A stretch of 64,000 bases of DNA, taken from NCBI GenBank assembly GCA_964347045.1, contig CAYFXC010000005.1:27227-91226 (forward strand). Reading direction: 5' to 3'. Positions 39,300 through 51,100 of this stretch are shown here, piece after piece. Position numbers and translations under genes: made by a program. The stretch is from an uncultured archaeon. GTDB lineage: Archaea; Asgardarchaeota; Hermodarchaeia; Hermodarchaeales; Hermodarchaeaceae. The notes below the pieces were generated by a model that was not told where the DNA came from, searched no databases, and was given only the letters and a program-made list of their open reading frames with translations. Numbering within the stretch: the stretch's first letter is position 1; each line of letters begins with the position of its first letter.

Positions 39300-40280
39300 T
39301 TACTTGTTCTTTTTCTTTTGACGTAATTGCCTAGCAGCGGTTGGTTGTCCCCCACCAACAAGTCCTGTGAGACCCATAATCTCGCCTTTCACCATGTCCA
39401 TTGGGATGGCGAAAACGATAGTGTTGCTTTGATCGAAACTGATGTCTTCAAGACTAGAAAGAGTTCGTAAGTAGAGCGCCTGTGTGCTCATCTGTTGTAC
39501 GGCTTCTTCAAGGTTTCGAGCTGCAACAAGTTCGCCTTCACTTTTAATGATGACGGCACGGCGTTCTCGTTCGGCTTCTGCCTGACGGGCAATCACTCTT
39601 TTCATATCTGTTGGGAGTTCGATGTTTTGGAGGTTTACACTGATGATGTCAACGCCCCAATCTTCGGTTTCTTTATCAACAATTAATTTAATGCGATCGG
39701 CGATTTGATCACGCTTCGCAAGGAGGTCGTCGAGTTCTACGTTTCCAATGACGTCCCGCATGGTTGTCTGTGCATATTGGACTGTGCTCGTTCTCACATC
39801 TTGGATGTTAATGAGGCTTTTTGGTACGTTTACGACTTTCATGAAAACCACAGCATCCACCATGAGGCTGATGTTATCTCTGGTCATTAATTCCTGTTTC
39901 ATTACATCCAAGTTTTGGATTCGCACATCTTGACGAAGGAATTTTTCGGCTCCAGGCCATTTAAAGAAGATCCCAGGTCCAACTAATCGTGTGAATTTAC
40001 CAAAGCGTAACACGATTGCTTCCTGCCATTGCTTGTTGACTGAAATTGTCATCGGAAGAAGGATGATAAAAATTACCCCAAAAAATCCGAAGACGACTGG
40101 TATGAATAAGGCAACCCAGCCGAGAATTGGTGCAAAAATTGGGATTGCAAATATTGCCAGTGCAATAAAAAGCAAGAATAGGAAGAGAAAGGTCAAAAAT
40201 GGAGCTGGCGATCCTCGATATTCGTACATTCGTTTTTGTTCTTTATCACTTAGGGTTTCTTCACCCATTTTATTCACCAA
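39300..40280 (-). CDS. SPFH/stomatin (band 7) family protein
   Basis: LRFGK...GPG, TRDNISL.VDAVV, AQTTMRDVIG, ARQAEAERERRA, LRTL. Confidence 0.93.
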   Translation of the reverse strand: MVNKMGEETLSDKEQKRMYEYRGSPAPFLTFLFLFLLFIALAIFAIPIFAPILGWVALFIPVVFGFFGVIFIILLPMTISVNKQWQEAIVLRFGKFTRLVGPGIFFKWPGAEKFLRQDVRIQNLDVMKQELMTRDNISLMVDAVVFMKVVNVPKSLINIQDVRTSTVQYAQTTMRDVIGNVELDDLLAKRDQIADRIKLIVDKETEDWGVDIISVNLQNIELPTDMKRVIARQAEAERERRAVIIKSEGELVAARNLEEAVQQMSTQALYLRTLSSLEDISFDQSNTIVFAIPMDMVKGEIMGLTGLVGGGQPTAARQLRQKKKNK

Positions 40281-40537
40281 TACAACTCAAAGGAATCAAA
40301 CGGATCTTTCAACTTGCTTTCCTATCAAGCTGAATATAGACAGCATTTTGATTCACTCTGAGATTGAGAAGATATTGAGCACCGAGACTATGTGTAAATG
40401 ATGTAAATAAACGTCTGTGAAGCACAATTTGTCAAAGTGTAAAACCCGTACCAGGTTCGAATATCCCTCATAATAGACAGCAAAAGTTCATGCATTTAAA
40501 ATTTCGGAGTGGAATTTAATGTGCGAGTCATACGCTA

Positions 40538-41542
40538 TCAATCATCGATTTGTAAATGAGGGTAATTTGGGTCTAATTCGAGGACTCGATTAAAGCAAAT
40601 CTGAGCTTCTTCTTGACGTTTTAATTCAAGGAGGATGCGACCTCTCAGATATATTCCATTAACGTAGTTGGGTGTTTTTTCAAGGAGCCTGTCTACCACG
40701 TCAAGGGCGTCTTCGAATCGTTGGAGTTTACGAGCTAATGTATTGGCAAGGTTGTAAAGGGTGAGTGTATCAAGAGGATTGATTTCGATTGCTTGGTTGT
40801 ATGCGTCAATGGCCTCATCGTGTTTCTCGAGCATTCCTAATGTTACCCCTTTGTCATACCATGCCCGAGCATTCTCGGGTTCAAGGGCAATAACCCGCTT
40901 GAAAACCTTAAGCGCTTCATCTAAGCGATTCATCTTTCCAAAGAGTTCACCCATGTCGAGCCACGCTTCAATGTGATCTGGAGCAAGTTTGGTAGCTTTC
41001 TTGTAACAGATGAGTGCTTCTTTATTCTGACTTAACTGCTCATGAAGGACTCCCCGATAATACCATGCCCTAGCGTCTCCTGGATTAACAGTCACTGTTT
41101 CAATAAAACAATCAAGTGCTTCTTCAAAGCGTTCCAAATCAGCTAAAATGACTCCTCGGTTGTACCATGCGTTAGCATAATCAAGGCGATTTGATGTACG
41201 CGTTCGAGTAGCTTTAATAAAGCTCTGCAAAGCGTCTTCCCTTCTATTCAGTTCTTGATAGGCGGTACCTAGATTATTCCATGCTTCAGTGTAATTGGAA
41301 TCAAGTTCTGTGGCTCGTTGATAGCAATCTAAAGCTTCATTGATTCGTCCCAGCTCATCAAGTACTAATCCCTTGTTAAACCAACCAGTGGCATCTTGTG
41401 GTCGAAGTTCAGTTGTTGAGGAAAAAGCCTCCAGGGCTTCTTCTAATTTTCCATCCTCTGCCAGAGATATACCCAAATTGAACAAGTCTTCAGCTGTCAT
41501 TTTGGATATTTCGCGTTTCTTCTGTGACACAGGCTCACCCAA
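40538..41542 (-). CDS. Tetratricopeptide repeat protein
   Basis: About 9 consecutive 34-aa TPR units (AWxNxG..L..L.R..EAL..Y..A..L.P). Confidence 0.92.
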   Translation of the reverse strand: MGEPVSQKKREISKMTAEDLFNLGISLAEDGKLEEALEAFSSTTELRPQDATGWFNKGLVLDELGRINEALDCYQRATELDSNYTEAWNNLGTAYQELNRREDALQSFIKATRTRTSNRLDYANAWYNRGVILADLERFEEALDCFIETVTVNPGDARAWYYRGVLHEQLSQNKEALICYKKATKLAPDHIEAWLDMGELFGKMNRLDEALKVFKRVIALEPENARAWYDKGVTLGMLEKHDEAIDAYNQAIEINPLDTLTLYNLANTLARKLQRFEDALDVVDRLLEKTPNYVNGIYLRGRILLELKRQEEAQICFNRVLELDPNYPHLQIDD

Positions 41543-41936
41543 TTTGTTGAAACACTCGCATCATCAATTGTCCCAATGGGACAGATTCATGTCCTGCTCC
41601 AATTATAATAAGCTCCCACTTTTTCATTAAATCACGAAAGTTGGCCTGTCCCGTGAAGAGGCTCATTAGTGTCTTGGTTGTTGCTTTATAAATCACTTCA
41701 GGGGATGGATAGCTCCCATTCTTTAATTCCATAGTGCCCTGTCGATGTAATATTATGTGAAACGTTCCTCTGTCGGTTTCAAGCTGTAGAACCTTCCCTT
41801 GATATGGACCAACCCAGTTCCGGATGAAATCATGGTATTCTGGTGTTGAATTTACTTTTGTAATTAATTGCTCAAAGATCTGAATTAGCTGATTTGTCAC
41901 AAACTTCACCCACGATTTCACTTTTTCTCTAGCCAC
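41535..41936 (-). CDS. SCP2 sterol-binding-domain-like protein
   Basis: MELKNG...PEVIYKATTKTLMSLFTGQANFRDLM...LIIIG pattern. Confidence 0.6.
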   Translation of the reverse strand: MAREKVKSWVKFVTNQLIQIFEQLITKVNSTPEYHDFIRNWVGPYQGKVLQLETDRGTFHIILHRQGTMELKNGSYPSPEVIYKATTKTLMSLFTGQANFRDLMKKWELIIIGAGHESVPLGQLMMRVFQQIG

Positions 41937-42226
41937 GCTTCTAACGCTTCTACTACCACTTCATTGACATATCGTGCTCGAATGTCGCCTTTTCGCTCTC
42001 TTACCTTTTCTAGAAATTTCTGATACATCTGTTGCTCCATTAATACAACAACACGTCCTTTTCGATTATTAACTAAAGCTTCAGCAATGTATTTGTTCTG
42101 ACGGATTGTTAAAGTCTCAATATCATTTAACCGTAAATTTGGATAACCTGGCCATTGCCCATCAGAGGCTTTCTTATATCTTGGCATTTTGATTTCCTCC
42201 TTAGGGTGCTCCTCTGTTTCCTTCAT
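41918..42226 (-). CDS. Hypothetical protein with C-terminal ribbon-helix-helix-like segment
   Basis: RVVVLMEQQMYQKF...YVNEVVVEALEAWL; true start may be MPRYK (ATG 42187). Confidence 0.55.
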   Translation of the reverse strand: MKETEEHPKEEIKMPRYKKASDGQWPGYPNLRLNDIETLTIRQNKYIAEALVNNRKGRVVVLMEQQMYQKFLEKVRERKGDIRARYVNEVVVEALEAWLEKK

Positions 42227-42479
42227 CGATTGATTGGTCTCCTGGGATTTTCACAAGCCCTGGTTGAAAAGGCCAATCAACAACATATCGCATACCCTTT
42301 TTCCCATTCTTATCACCCCGTCTCCATGTGCCAACATAGATACCACTCCCATAAACGCGTACATATTCAGATAAGATTAAGATTGCAGCGGCTTCAGGGC
42401 TGATATTTGCTTCCTTGGCTTTCTCAACTAGTCCATTGTGAATTTCTTCGGGCAGATCTAGTTTCAAATTTCCGTTCAC
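42201..42479 (-). CDS. Hypothetical protein with N-terminal ribbon-helix-helix-like segment
   Basis: LKLDLPEEIHNGLVEKAKEANISPEAAAILILSEY; GTG start just after the nitroreductase stop. Confidence 0.55.
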   Translation of the reverse strand: MNGNLKLDLPEEIHNGLVEKAKEANISPEAAAILILSEYVRVYGSGIYVGTWRRGDKNGKKGMRYVVDWPFQPGLVKIPGDQSIDEGNRGAP

Positions 42480-42483
42480 CACT

Positions 42484-43272
42484 TCATTTGGATTTTTTTT
42501 TCTTTGGTTGCTTCTTTTGATTTCGAAATGCAATTCGTCTGTAGGGAACACCCCATCGTTCTGCATAAAAGCTCCCTTCTAGAGGCCACCGTGAGGGACC
42601 TAACATGCGTGGCTGTTCAGGGATGCCTATACAAAATGCTGCGATTGGTGTCCATGTTCGAGGAATGCCCACTTTGTCACAGATTAATTCAACGTGCCGT
42701 TTATCCGCAAAGGGGACTGCCTGATAGGCACACGCGTAACCCATCGAATGGGCAACCAACCACATATTCATGACGCCCATGGCGACAACAACGCTTCCAC
42801 AGAGTTCATTAGGATACATGGCAGTGCTATCATGCCAGGTTTCAGAGGCACAGCAGATAATTACCGCATCTGCTTTCTCAGGATACCTGAAAAGTGAGCC
42901 ATCCCGCATTTCTTCATACGTGCCTGGACGACTAGCATCGGGTAAATACCACAAACGACCTTGTGTCGCTTCATAGGGGAAATTCCCGAACACGTATCTA
43001 GCTGCCTCCTGACTAATATCGGCGATGATTCGTTTCATTTCCATATCATCTCGAATTAGAACATAGCGCCACATTTGCATATTCTCTGGTGATGGTGCAT
43101 ATCGGGCGGCATCTAAAATTAGTTCTAAATCTTCGTCGGGAATTCTTTCTCCAGTCATATGCCGAATGCTTCGTCGCATCCGTATCAGCTCAACAAGTTG
43201 TTGTGTCGATTGTGTAAGACCACTAGATTCAACTTTGGCGGTTGTTGAACTTTTTCGTTTAACTTCTGTCAT
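42484..43272 (-). CDS. Nitroreductase family protein
   Basis: IRMRRSIR, ARYAPSPENMQMW, MWLVAHSMG, IGIP. Confidence 0.9.
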   Translation of the reverse strand: MTEVKRKSSTTAKVESSGLTQSTQQLVELIRMRRSIRHMTGERIPDEDLELILDAARYAPSPENMQMWRYVLIRDDMEMKRIIADISQEAARYVFGNFPYEATQGRLWYLPDASRPGTYEEMRDGSLFRYPEKADAVIICCASETWHDSTAMYPNELCGSVVVAMGVMNMWLVAHSMGYACAYQAVPFADKRHVELICDKVGIPRTWTPIAAFCIGIPEQPRMLGPSRWPLEGSFYAERWGVPYRRIAFRNQKKQPKKKKSK

Positions 43273-43390
43273 TTGTTGAACACCTTTTCTCTTGTATCGG
43301 TTTGTATTCTAATGATATTAAATGATAGCTCCACTCTCAAAGAAGAGAATTTCATAGTTTAATTGGGAGAAAAAACATCAATTCATATCG

Positions 43391-44128
43391 CTAGGAAGAC
43401 CGGATATGCATATTCAATTCTTCTAATTTCGCAACAACGGTTGCCACAGTATCTGGCGGTAAATCTGAAGGGCTGGATTTCAGGAGAGCGATAAGCTCCT
43501 TGTATACACTGGCAGCTTTTGCTCGGCTACTTAGATTATTCATTGCAGTATCACGAGCCTGTTCAATAAGTGGCTTCAGATATTCTCGTTGAACCTTTTG
43601 TCGGTTTTTCAAATCGTTAATGATAGTTTCGTTAGCTTCGATAACAATAGCAATTTTAGTGTCTGGGATATCAGAGGGACGATGTTGTGCTGGTGCGAGT
43701 GCTGGAGCTGGGGTTGAGATAGGAGCTGAAGTAGGTGCAGGCGCTGGTGCAGGTTTGGGGGCAGGAGCGGGTGCTGGTGTGGGGGCTGGTGAGGCTATTT
43801 TTATTTGGGGAATTATTTGTTCGGTCATTGCAGATTGAATAGCTTTGTCTATCACTTCAGCCAATGTAGTTTCAATGGGAGCTAGTCCATCTGCAACGGC
43901 TTTTCCTGTCGCTGTCATAACATTACCCACAGCCTTATCTAGGGCATCAATGCGTTTCTCAATATTGATCAATTGCACTGCTAATTTCTTCTGTGCTTCA
44001 TTCAAGTGGCTGATATAGGAAATGATTTTCTTCAACTCTGCCTCAATTCCACCTTTCGCCGCGGGTTTTGCCGCTGTTGCTTGTGCAGGAGTGGGTGCAG
44101 GTTGGGCTGCTTGTGGATCCCTAGACAT
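43391..44128 (-). CDS. Hypothetical coiled-coil protein with Pro/Ala-rich linker
   Basis: 245 aa; PAPTPAPAPAPKPAPAPAP low-complexity segment. Confidence 0.75.
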   Translation of the reverse strand: MSRDPQAAQPAPTPAQATAAKPAAKGGIEAELKKIISYISHLNEAQKKLAVQLINIEKRIDALDKAVGNVMTATGKAVADGLAPIETTLAEVIDKAIQSAMTEQIIPQIKIASPAPTPAPAPAPKPAPAPAPTSAPISTPAPALAPAQHRPSDIPDTKIAIVIEANETIINDLKNRQKVQREYLKPLIEQARDTAMNNLSSRAKAASVYKELIALLKSSPSDLPPDTVATVVAKLEELNMHIRSS

Positions 44129-44258
44129 CTGATATCAATCTCCATAAACTCCTAATAAATAGAAGTAGGTTGCAAAGAGTATAACCCTTCCGTTCTCATC
44201 TGTTCCGTAGATTCCAGATAAATGTTTAGCTCAATTTCTGGAAAAAGTCGGGTTGAAA

Positions 44259-44717
44259 TCAGGTTCTTTGAAGAATTTCCACATTCACTGGTATCCCTTG
44301 TCGAACAGATGCAGTAACAATGCAGTAATTCTCGAAAATATCTACGCATCGCTGAAACCGTTTCGGATCCTCCTCAATGGTTTTAATGTAAATCTTAGCA
44401 TCCAAATGAGGAATCCGCCAACGACCCTCTTCATTCCGTGCAGTCGTTGGTGTTACCTCGATGCGAATCGACTCAACCATCAATTTGCTTCTCTGTAAAC
44501 AAAACATCAAACTTGCTGAGAGACAATTTCCAATTGCGACTGCAAGTACACGTGTTGCATTGGGACCCTTATCCTGACCCAATGGTGGCGGTTCATCTAA
44601 GGTCCACTCAGAAAACTCAGGTTTATCAAAACGAACCCGAAACTCATAATTTTCCACACGTTCAAGGATAATCGAATAGCTCCGTGGCTTTTCTTTGTCT
44701 GACATACAAGGCACCAA
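44259..44717 (-). CDS. OsmC/Ohr family protein
   Basis: DEPPPLG..GPNA...AIGNCL and ENYCIVTASV (two conserved Cys). Confidence 0.88.
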   Translation of the reverse strand: MVPCMSDKEKPRSYSIILERVENYEFRVRFDKPEFSEWTLDEPPPLGQDKGPNATRVLAVAIGNCLSASLMFCLQRSKLMVESIRIEVTPTTARNEEGRWRIPHLDAKIYIKTIEEDPKRFQRCVDIFENYCIVTASVRQGIPVNVEILQRT

Positions 44718-44794
44718 CCATGGGTATTCACTACTGAGCTATATAGCATTTAATATAGTAAGGCAGGATTTGCAAATCTTTTGTTTCTATGGTT

Positions 44795-46474
44795 CTATTC
44801 ACGATTGAAAATAGATTTCAAACCCATTTTTTCCAGTTGTTCCTCTTGGAGCACCCGACGGAGAACCTTCCCTATCATCGATTTGGGTAAGTCGTCTCGG
44901 AATTCTACAAATTGAGGTCGTTTGTAGTAGGCGAGTTTATCTTTGGTATATTCAATGATTTCCTCGGAAGTAGCTTCTTCGCCTTCTTTCAGAACGACTA
45001 TTGCCATCACAGTTTCCCCGCGCTGTTCATCTGGAATACCAAATACGGCCGCTTCTGTGATCTTTGGGTGGTCATAGAGAACTTCTTCAACATCACGTGG
45101 CCACACTTTGAAACCAGCGCGGTCAATCATTTGCTTTGCCCGATCAACAATATAGAAGTAACCGTCTTCATCCATTTTGGCGATATCACCGGTACGCAAC
45201 CATCCGTCTTCCATTAATTGTTTATCAGTTTCTTCGGGTTTGTTCCAATAGCCTTGCATGACCTGAGGACCCTTAATGACAAGTTCGCCCTCTTGTCCAG
45301 GTGGCAAGTCTTCGCCAGTATCGAGGTCAATGATTTTTGCTAATGTGCTTGGCATCGGGATACCAACGGAACCTTCGCGTTTCTTGTCAAAGGGGGGTTT
45401 TTCTTGGATGGGGTTGGCATGGGTAACTGGGCTTGCTTCCGTCAATCCATACCCTTCAACGATGTTTGCACTTGCAATATCTTCGAAAGCTTTTGCAACA
45501 GCCATGGGAAGAGGAGCGGCTCCTGATAGACAAGCTGTGACAGAACTCAAATCGTATTGATCAAGATCATCTCGTTGTAGGAGTGATGCATAAAGCGATG
45601 GGACACCCGGGAAGAATGCCACTTTGTGACGAGGGATATCCAGCAAGATTTGATCCAGGTTGGGACGAATGTGCAATACTAGTTTTCCACCAAGTAAGAC
45701 AGTAATTAACATACCGACAGTAAGTCCAAAGGAGTGGAAAAAGGGTAATACCGCGAGGGTTCCTGCATTGTCTCCATGTTTTGCAAAGGGAATCCAATTT
45801 CGGCATTGATATGCATTGGCAACAAGATTGTAATGGGTAAGAATAGCTCCTTTTGGAACGCCGGTCGTTCCACCAGTATAAAGTAAAACTGCTGGAGTGT
45901 CTTTTGGTTTTACTGAAATCTTCTGTGGTTTCGGTTCATACTTTTCAAGGAGTTCACCCCACATGTGATATCCCTCAACATCAGGCGGTGTAAAACTGAC
46001 ACGCATACCAGGAAATGAATCTGCCAACGTGGTAACGATAGTGGTTTTGACCTTGGTATTATCCCTGATTTTTTCATAGTTCTCATGCATGATGTCAACA
46101 AGGATAATCGCTTTCGCACCAGCATCATTGAGTTGAAACTTAATTTCTGGTGCTTGATAAAGTGGGTTAATGAGTGTGAGAATCGCTCCGGCTTTCAGTC
46201 CACCAAAGAATGCGACTAGGAATTGGGGCATGTTTCCTAACATAATTCCAACCACGTCACCTTGCTTGATGCCTAGTTTGTTCAAGGCATTAGCCAGGCG
46301 ATCTGCTTCTTCGTTAATCTGTTTGTAAGATTTTTCAATTCCCATGAACGCGGTTAAGGTGTTATCCGGGAAATCCTTCGCAGTTTTTTCGAGGAGTTGA
46401 TACAGGGGGATTTCAGGGATCTCGATGGTTTCGGGAACATCGGGTTCATAAAATTTCAACCAGGGTTTTTCCAT
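44795..46474 (-). CDS. fadD: Long-chain fatty acid--CoA ligase
   Basis: YTGGTTGVPKG, EGYGLTE, GPQVMQGYW, LRTGDI, LPKSMIGK. Confidence 0.92.
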   Translation of the reverse strand: MEKPWLKFYEPDVPETIEIPEIPLYQLLEKTAKDFPDNTLTAFMGIEKSYKQINEEADRLANALNKLGIKQGDVVGIMLGNMPQFLVAFFGGLKAGAILTLINPLYQAPEIKFQLNDAGAKAIILVDIMHENYEKIRDNTKVKTTIVTTLADSFPGMRVSFTPPDVEGYHMWGELLEKYEPKPQKISVKPKDTPAVLLYTGGTTGVPKGAILTHYNLVANAYQCRNWIPFAKHGDNAGTLAVLPFFHSFGLTVGMLITVLLGGKLVLHIRPNLDQILLDIPRHKVAFFPGVPSLYASLLQRDDLDQYDLSSVTACLSGAAPLPMAVAKAFEDIASANIVEGYGLTEASPVTHANPIQEKPPFDKKREGSVGIPMPSTLAKIIDLDTGEDLPPGQEGELVIKGPQVMQGYWNKPEETDKQLMEDGWLRTGDIAKMDEDGYFYIVDRAKQMIDRAGFKVWPRDVEEVLYDHPKITEAAVFGIPDEQRGETVMAIVVLKEGEEATSEEIIEYTKDKLAYYKRPQFVEFRDDLPKSMIGKVLRRVLQEEQLEKMGLKSIFNRE

Positions 46475-46726
46475 TGTACCTTGTCCTTCCTAAACAGAAT
46501 AGCACTAATATGGCATTTATTAAAGGAAAAGGCTTGCCATTATCATGCATAATAATGAATTTGACTTTCAAACGATCAGATCGAAATAACTGCTTTAAGA
46601 AAATAATCAAAAAAATAAAATCTTCCTAGGAAATCTCGATAGTCTTGATTGCTCAGAGTCTAGTTACTGACACTTAAAAGTCACCTTGGCAATGAATAAC
46701 TTGGATTCTGGCGAGGATGCACATGA

Positions 46727-47902
46727 ATGGATATTGCTGACTTACGGCACCATATCGCAGATTATTTGGACTGTGTTCGAGAGTTCAATCAAAGTGTTGT
46801 ATTAATTGATACTGGTGTTTTTCATCCTGCAGACTATCATGATCTAATCACACATCCTGAAGCGGTGTTAAATATAGAGAATCAATTTGTCAGTGAGCTC
46901 GTTCATCTTCTCAACGAATTAGATCGAGCTCTTCGTCATGCACGGGATTGGCGCCTTCATCTTGAGGATTTGACGCGAAATCTGTATTTTTCACCATTAG
47001 AGCAAACAACACTCTTTGAACGGAAACAGAAGGCAATACACATTCTCTCCCAAGATGAAATCAAGGCACGAATCAAATCTCAGACTGATGGCTTAGGATA
47101 TCTGCGGTGGGTTGTTGCGGATACTGGTGGCGAACTTGAGCGGTTACTAATTGATATGCGGAATCTTGGTGTCACGGATCATGGATTTCGGAATCTATTT
47201 GCGAAGTATCAATCACCAGAATTAATTCGCTGGGAAAAAGCACTCGATGCATGGTTAGATCTAGATATTGAAGCTCTAATATCCGCTTTACAAGGCTTCC
47301 TCGACGATGCAAGTAGTGGTCTATTCGATCAGGCAATCCATGCCCTTGCAAGTTATATTGATGTGATTGTAAATCTCCTTGCGCAATTTTCAACCTTCAG
47401 TGGCAATTTTGCATTCCTTTCACTGGAATGGGTGTCTAAAGTTCAAATCCAATTTGACCTATTGACCGAAGCCAGCGTAGCATTGCATGAACTTCTGTTG
47501 CAACGAACACAAATGGGAATGCTTTATGTTGACCATGAAAGAGCCATTCTTCATGCAATTCTACCATCCGAAATTGACGTCAATGATTGGTATGCTATGT
47601 TCGCTACGAATCCTACAAAATCCGCACACGAGCTTTTACCCACCGAAATTCGCGTCGATGCCTTGTCCTATGCCATTCGTCAATCGGAAAATGCCCTAGT
47701 GTCGATGGATGATCAGGTGCAAATTGGTGGATATTTACTTAAATCTGTAGAAGTACTACCCGAATTGTTGAAATCCCCGGTAGTCGCGAAATTTTTAGAT
47801 GCTGATCGACAACGACTTGAATTATTTCGAACGGGCCGTCATGAACTTTTGCGACGATTACGTCAATTACGACAATATGCTAACTCAATTGAGGTTACTT
47901 AG
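46727..47902 (+). CDS. Hypothetical all-helical protein
   Basis: 391-aa ORF with GAGG SD; no motif recognised. Confidence 0.75.
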   Translation: MDIADLRHHIADYLDCVREFNQSVVLIDTGVFHPADYHDLITHPEAVLNIENQFVSELVHLLNELDRALRHARDWRLHLEDLTRNLYFSPLEQTTLFERKQKAIHILSQDEIKARIKSQTDGLGYLRWVVADTGGELERLLIDMRNLGVTDHGFRNLFAKYQSPELIRWEKALDAWLDLDIEALISALQGFLDDASSGLFDQAIHALASYIDVIVNLLAQFSTFSGNFAFLSLEWVSKVQIQFDLLTEASVALHELLLQRTQMGMLYVDHERAILHAILPSEIDVNDWYAMFATNPTKSAHELLPTEIRVDALSYAIRQSENALVSMDDQVQIGGYLLKSVEVLPELLKSPVVAKFLDADRQRLELFRTGRHELLRRLRQLRQYANSIEVT

Positions 47903-48123
47903 TCGTATATTTCGGGAATTCCTGCCGTAATTAGGAAAATACGCTTAATTGTGCTCTTTTTGTTCATTGGGAACTATTTGAGCCATCTAGGTAAATGATT
48001 TTAAAGCGAGATTGACCTAAAAGAGTGCTAGGCGACAACAGCGGGAGGCTTTTACGCTTTAAGTTTAGCATAAGCTTTCCAGCAAAACTCTTGGTAATAA
48101 TGGCTCCTTAGGAATTTGATATT

Positions 48124-51100
48124 ATGAAACATTCTTTTACGAAATTGTGTGGAATTCCATTAATCCTTCTGCTTACATTCACTTTGTTTTTTCCTTTGAT
48201 AACTCCAACTTCATTTTTGCCGTCGAATAAGGCACTGTTTTCAGTGTCCCCTCTTGATTTTCGTTCATTCGAGCCAACTGTGTCCCAACCGGCGTCTCCA
48301 GAATATCTAATTATCACGCCAAACAGTGCGTGGGTTCAATCATTCGCGGAATGGAAAAACCTGAAAGGGGTTCCAACGCAAGTAGCTAATGTGAGTTGGA
48401 TACAAGCAAACTATCCGATATCTGCCACGGTTCGGGATAAGGCTGAGCAGATTTGGACGTTCATTGAAGATGTGTATGATAATGTGTCACCTGCAACTCT
48501 TCAATGGGTTCTTCTCATTGGCGATAATACCACCATTCCCTCGCGCTATGTGTATTTACCTGATACTGCTGAATGGATTGGTCAAGATCCTAATCTGAAA
48601 CCCACTGACTTCTATTACTCTGTCATGGGTGATTCAGATTGGGATGATGATAACGACGGACGTTGGGGTGAATGTGCTACCTTCAACATTGGTGGTCCAG
48701 GCTACGATGAAATTGGAGATTGGCTACCTGATCTCTATGTGGGACGAATTCCGTTCAATGATCAAAGTAACGTATCAAGCATATTGGCTAAAAGCCTGAA
48801 TTATGCACGTAGCCCCACAAGCTTTTCACCAACCGGTTGGGATTCCTTTCTCCTCGGTGGTGCTATCAGCAATTATGATGAAGAATTATGGGCTTGGTTG
48901 GATCAAGATTACACTGATGAAGCCGAGCTCAGCGACTACATTGATGCAAACCACATTCCCGGTTACTATGATATCTACCGTTTCTATGAAGATCGGGCTT
49001 TCTTCTGGAACTATACATCTCCCAATACTTTTCAGAAATTAAATGAAACCGCCATAATCCAAGGCATCAACCAGTATTCACCAGCCCTCATTAACCTCGC
49101 AGCCCACGGCAGCCCCACCGACATTCAACGGAAGTACGATCCCTGGGGCTTTCCATATGGAAATACTTGGTCTAGCGCAACCGCTGGATGGAACACTCCA
49201 GTAACCGGTGTAGCTATTGGTGACCCCAATAATGATGGCAACAACGAGATTGTTTACACTCTTGGTTTAGGTGGAGGTGTTGGTTTACAAAATGGTACAA
49301 TCTGGCTCCGTGATGCAAACACAATGTTGGATACCTTAATTTGGGATCTCTGGACTATGCCCGTCGATGGTTTTCCGACCTTTGCAACATGCGTTGATAT
49401 TGGAGACGTCTGGAACAATGGCACCATTGCAGTTGTCGTGGGAACTTGGTCCGGTTCAACAGTCATCTTTACTTACTGGATGAATACAATATGGACTGCT
49501 ATCCTAGTTAGTGGTCCTGAAGTAACTGATCCTGTATTGTGCATTGAAGTCGGAAATGCTGATAATGTACTCGAACCTCATGGCTACGGAGGAAGTACTA
49601 CTCCTGCCACAAATGTTGATATCGCCTGGGGTCACTTCAGTGGATGGACCTTTATTGCAACCTGTTTTGGTGCACCAGGTGTATTGAACCATGTTATTTT
49701 CGTAGCAAATGTTCTGAATATCGGACAATCCGTATACTCTATAGATGTAGGTGATCCAGATGATGATGGGCTGGGAGAAATCACCTGTGGCACTGGTTAT
49801 AAGAACGCGAGTGTACTTCAGGGTGATTGCTATCAGCTTTGGTACAACCCAGGAATCCAGTGGAATCAACTCGTAATAGAAAAATCCCTAGGTGGGTTTG
49901 TCTATGGGGTTGACACTGGAAATGCAGCGAACGATGGGTATAACAAAGTGGTCGTCGGGGTTAGTAATGGCGCTATCTACATGTATGAATCCGGTTGTAT
50001 TCCTCTTGGACAAACCGGCTTCAAAGGACCTGGTGGCACTGATGTAGGTACTAAACAAACTGTCACTAGCTCAGGTGCGAATGCAGGTATGGTAAGATGC
50101 CTTAATATTGGCTATGTTGACGATAATGACCTTGTATCGACCTATCCGACGCCTATTGAACAGTATTCAATTATTGCTGGAAATCAATACGGTGGTATTT
50201 GGAAATACCATGCAAACAATGTTACTGGATTTCTTGACTCCTATCATATCGCAATTGAAAACTACATGTTTGGTGTCAATGTCACTGACCTAGATGTTGG
50301 CGAACTCAGCCATGTCACGGGTGAAACAACTCCCAATGAGGAGGTCGCAGCGGGAAGTGAGGTTGGCTTAATGCCTCTTTCCTTTGTTTATTGGTTTGAG
50401 TGGCCCTGGAATCTTTGGGGGAATATGTTGAATACCACTCAGGTTAATGCATCAACAGCCAGTATCCCTGCACTCGTTTATGCTGATTCATGTCATACGG
50501 CTGGATACGATTATGCTCAAGAAGCATTAGCCGAGACCTTTATTCGAAATATGGCTATTGGTTACATTGGCTCCATGCGAATTAGTTGGTATTATCGAGG
50601 TCCCGTGTCGAACTCCTTTACGTGGGGTCTAAATCGATATATGTCTCAAGACTTCTGGAATCTTTTCTTCAGTGGAACGACAGGTTATCGACCGGGTGCA
50701 ACACTCTATCAGAACAAAATTGATTACCAAACAACATTCGCTTCCATTGCTTCAACCTTTCCAGCAACATGGGAAACGTTTCATCGTAAGAATCTTCTCA
50801 GCTTTGCACTGTTTGGAGATCCTGAAGTTGATGTGTTCACAAATAATCCAAGGACACTTTCTGTTAACCATCCCGCAAATGCCAACTTTAATGGCGACAC
50901 GCTCTTTCGTGTCATGGATGGCACTTCACCAATTGCAGGCGCCACCATCTGTTTGTGGGATAAAGACGGATCTTATTACGAAGTTCAAATCACAAACAGC
51001 TCAGGCTATGCCATTCTCCATGTAACTGCTTCGGTGCCAAATTCCATCAATGTGACAGTGACCGCCCATGATTATGTACCCTACGAAACCATCATTGGAA

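Noticed and set aside
43680-43795. Tandem-repeat-like GCTGGTGC/GGGGC tract
   Set aside because: Explained by the Pro/Ala linker codons; not an independent DNA repeat
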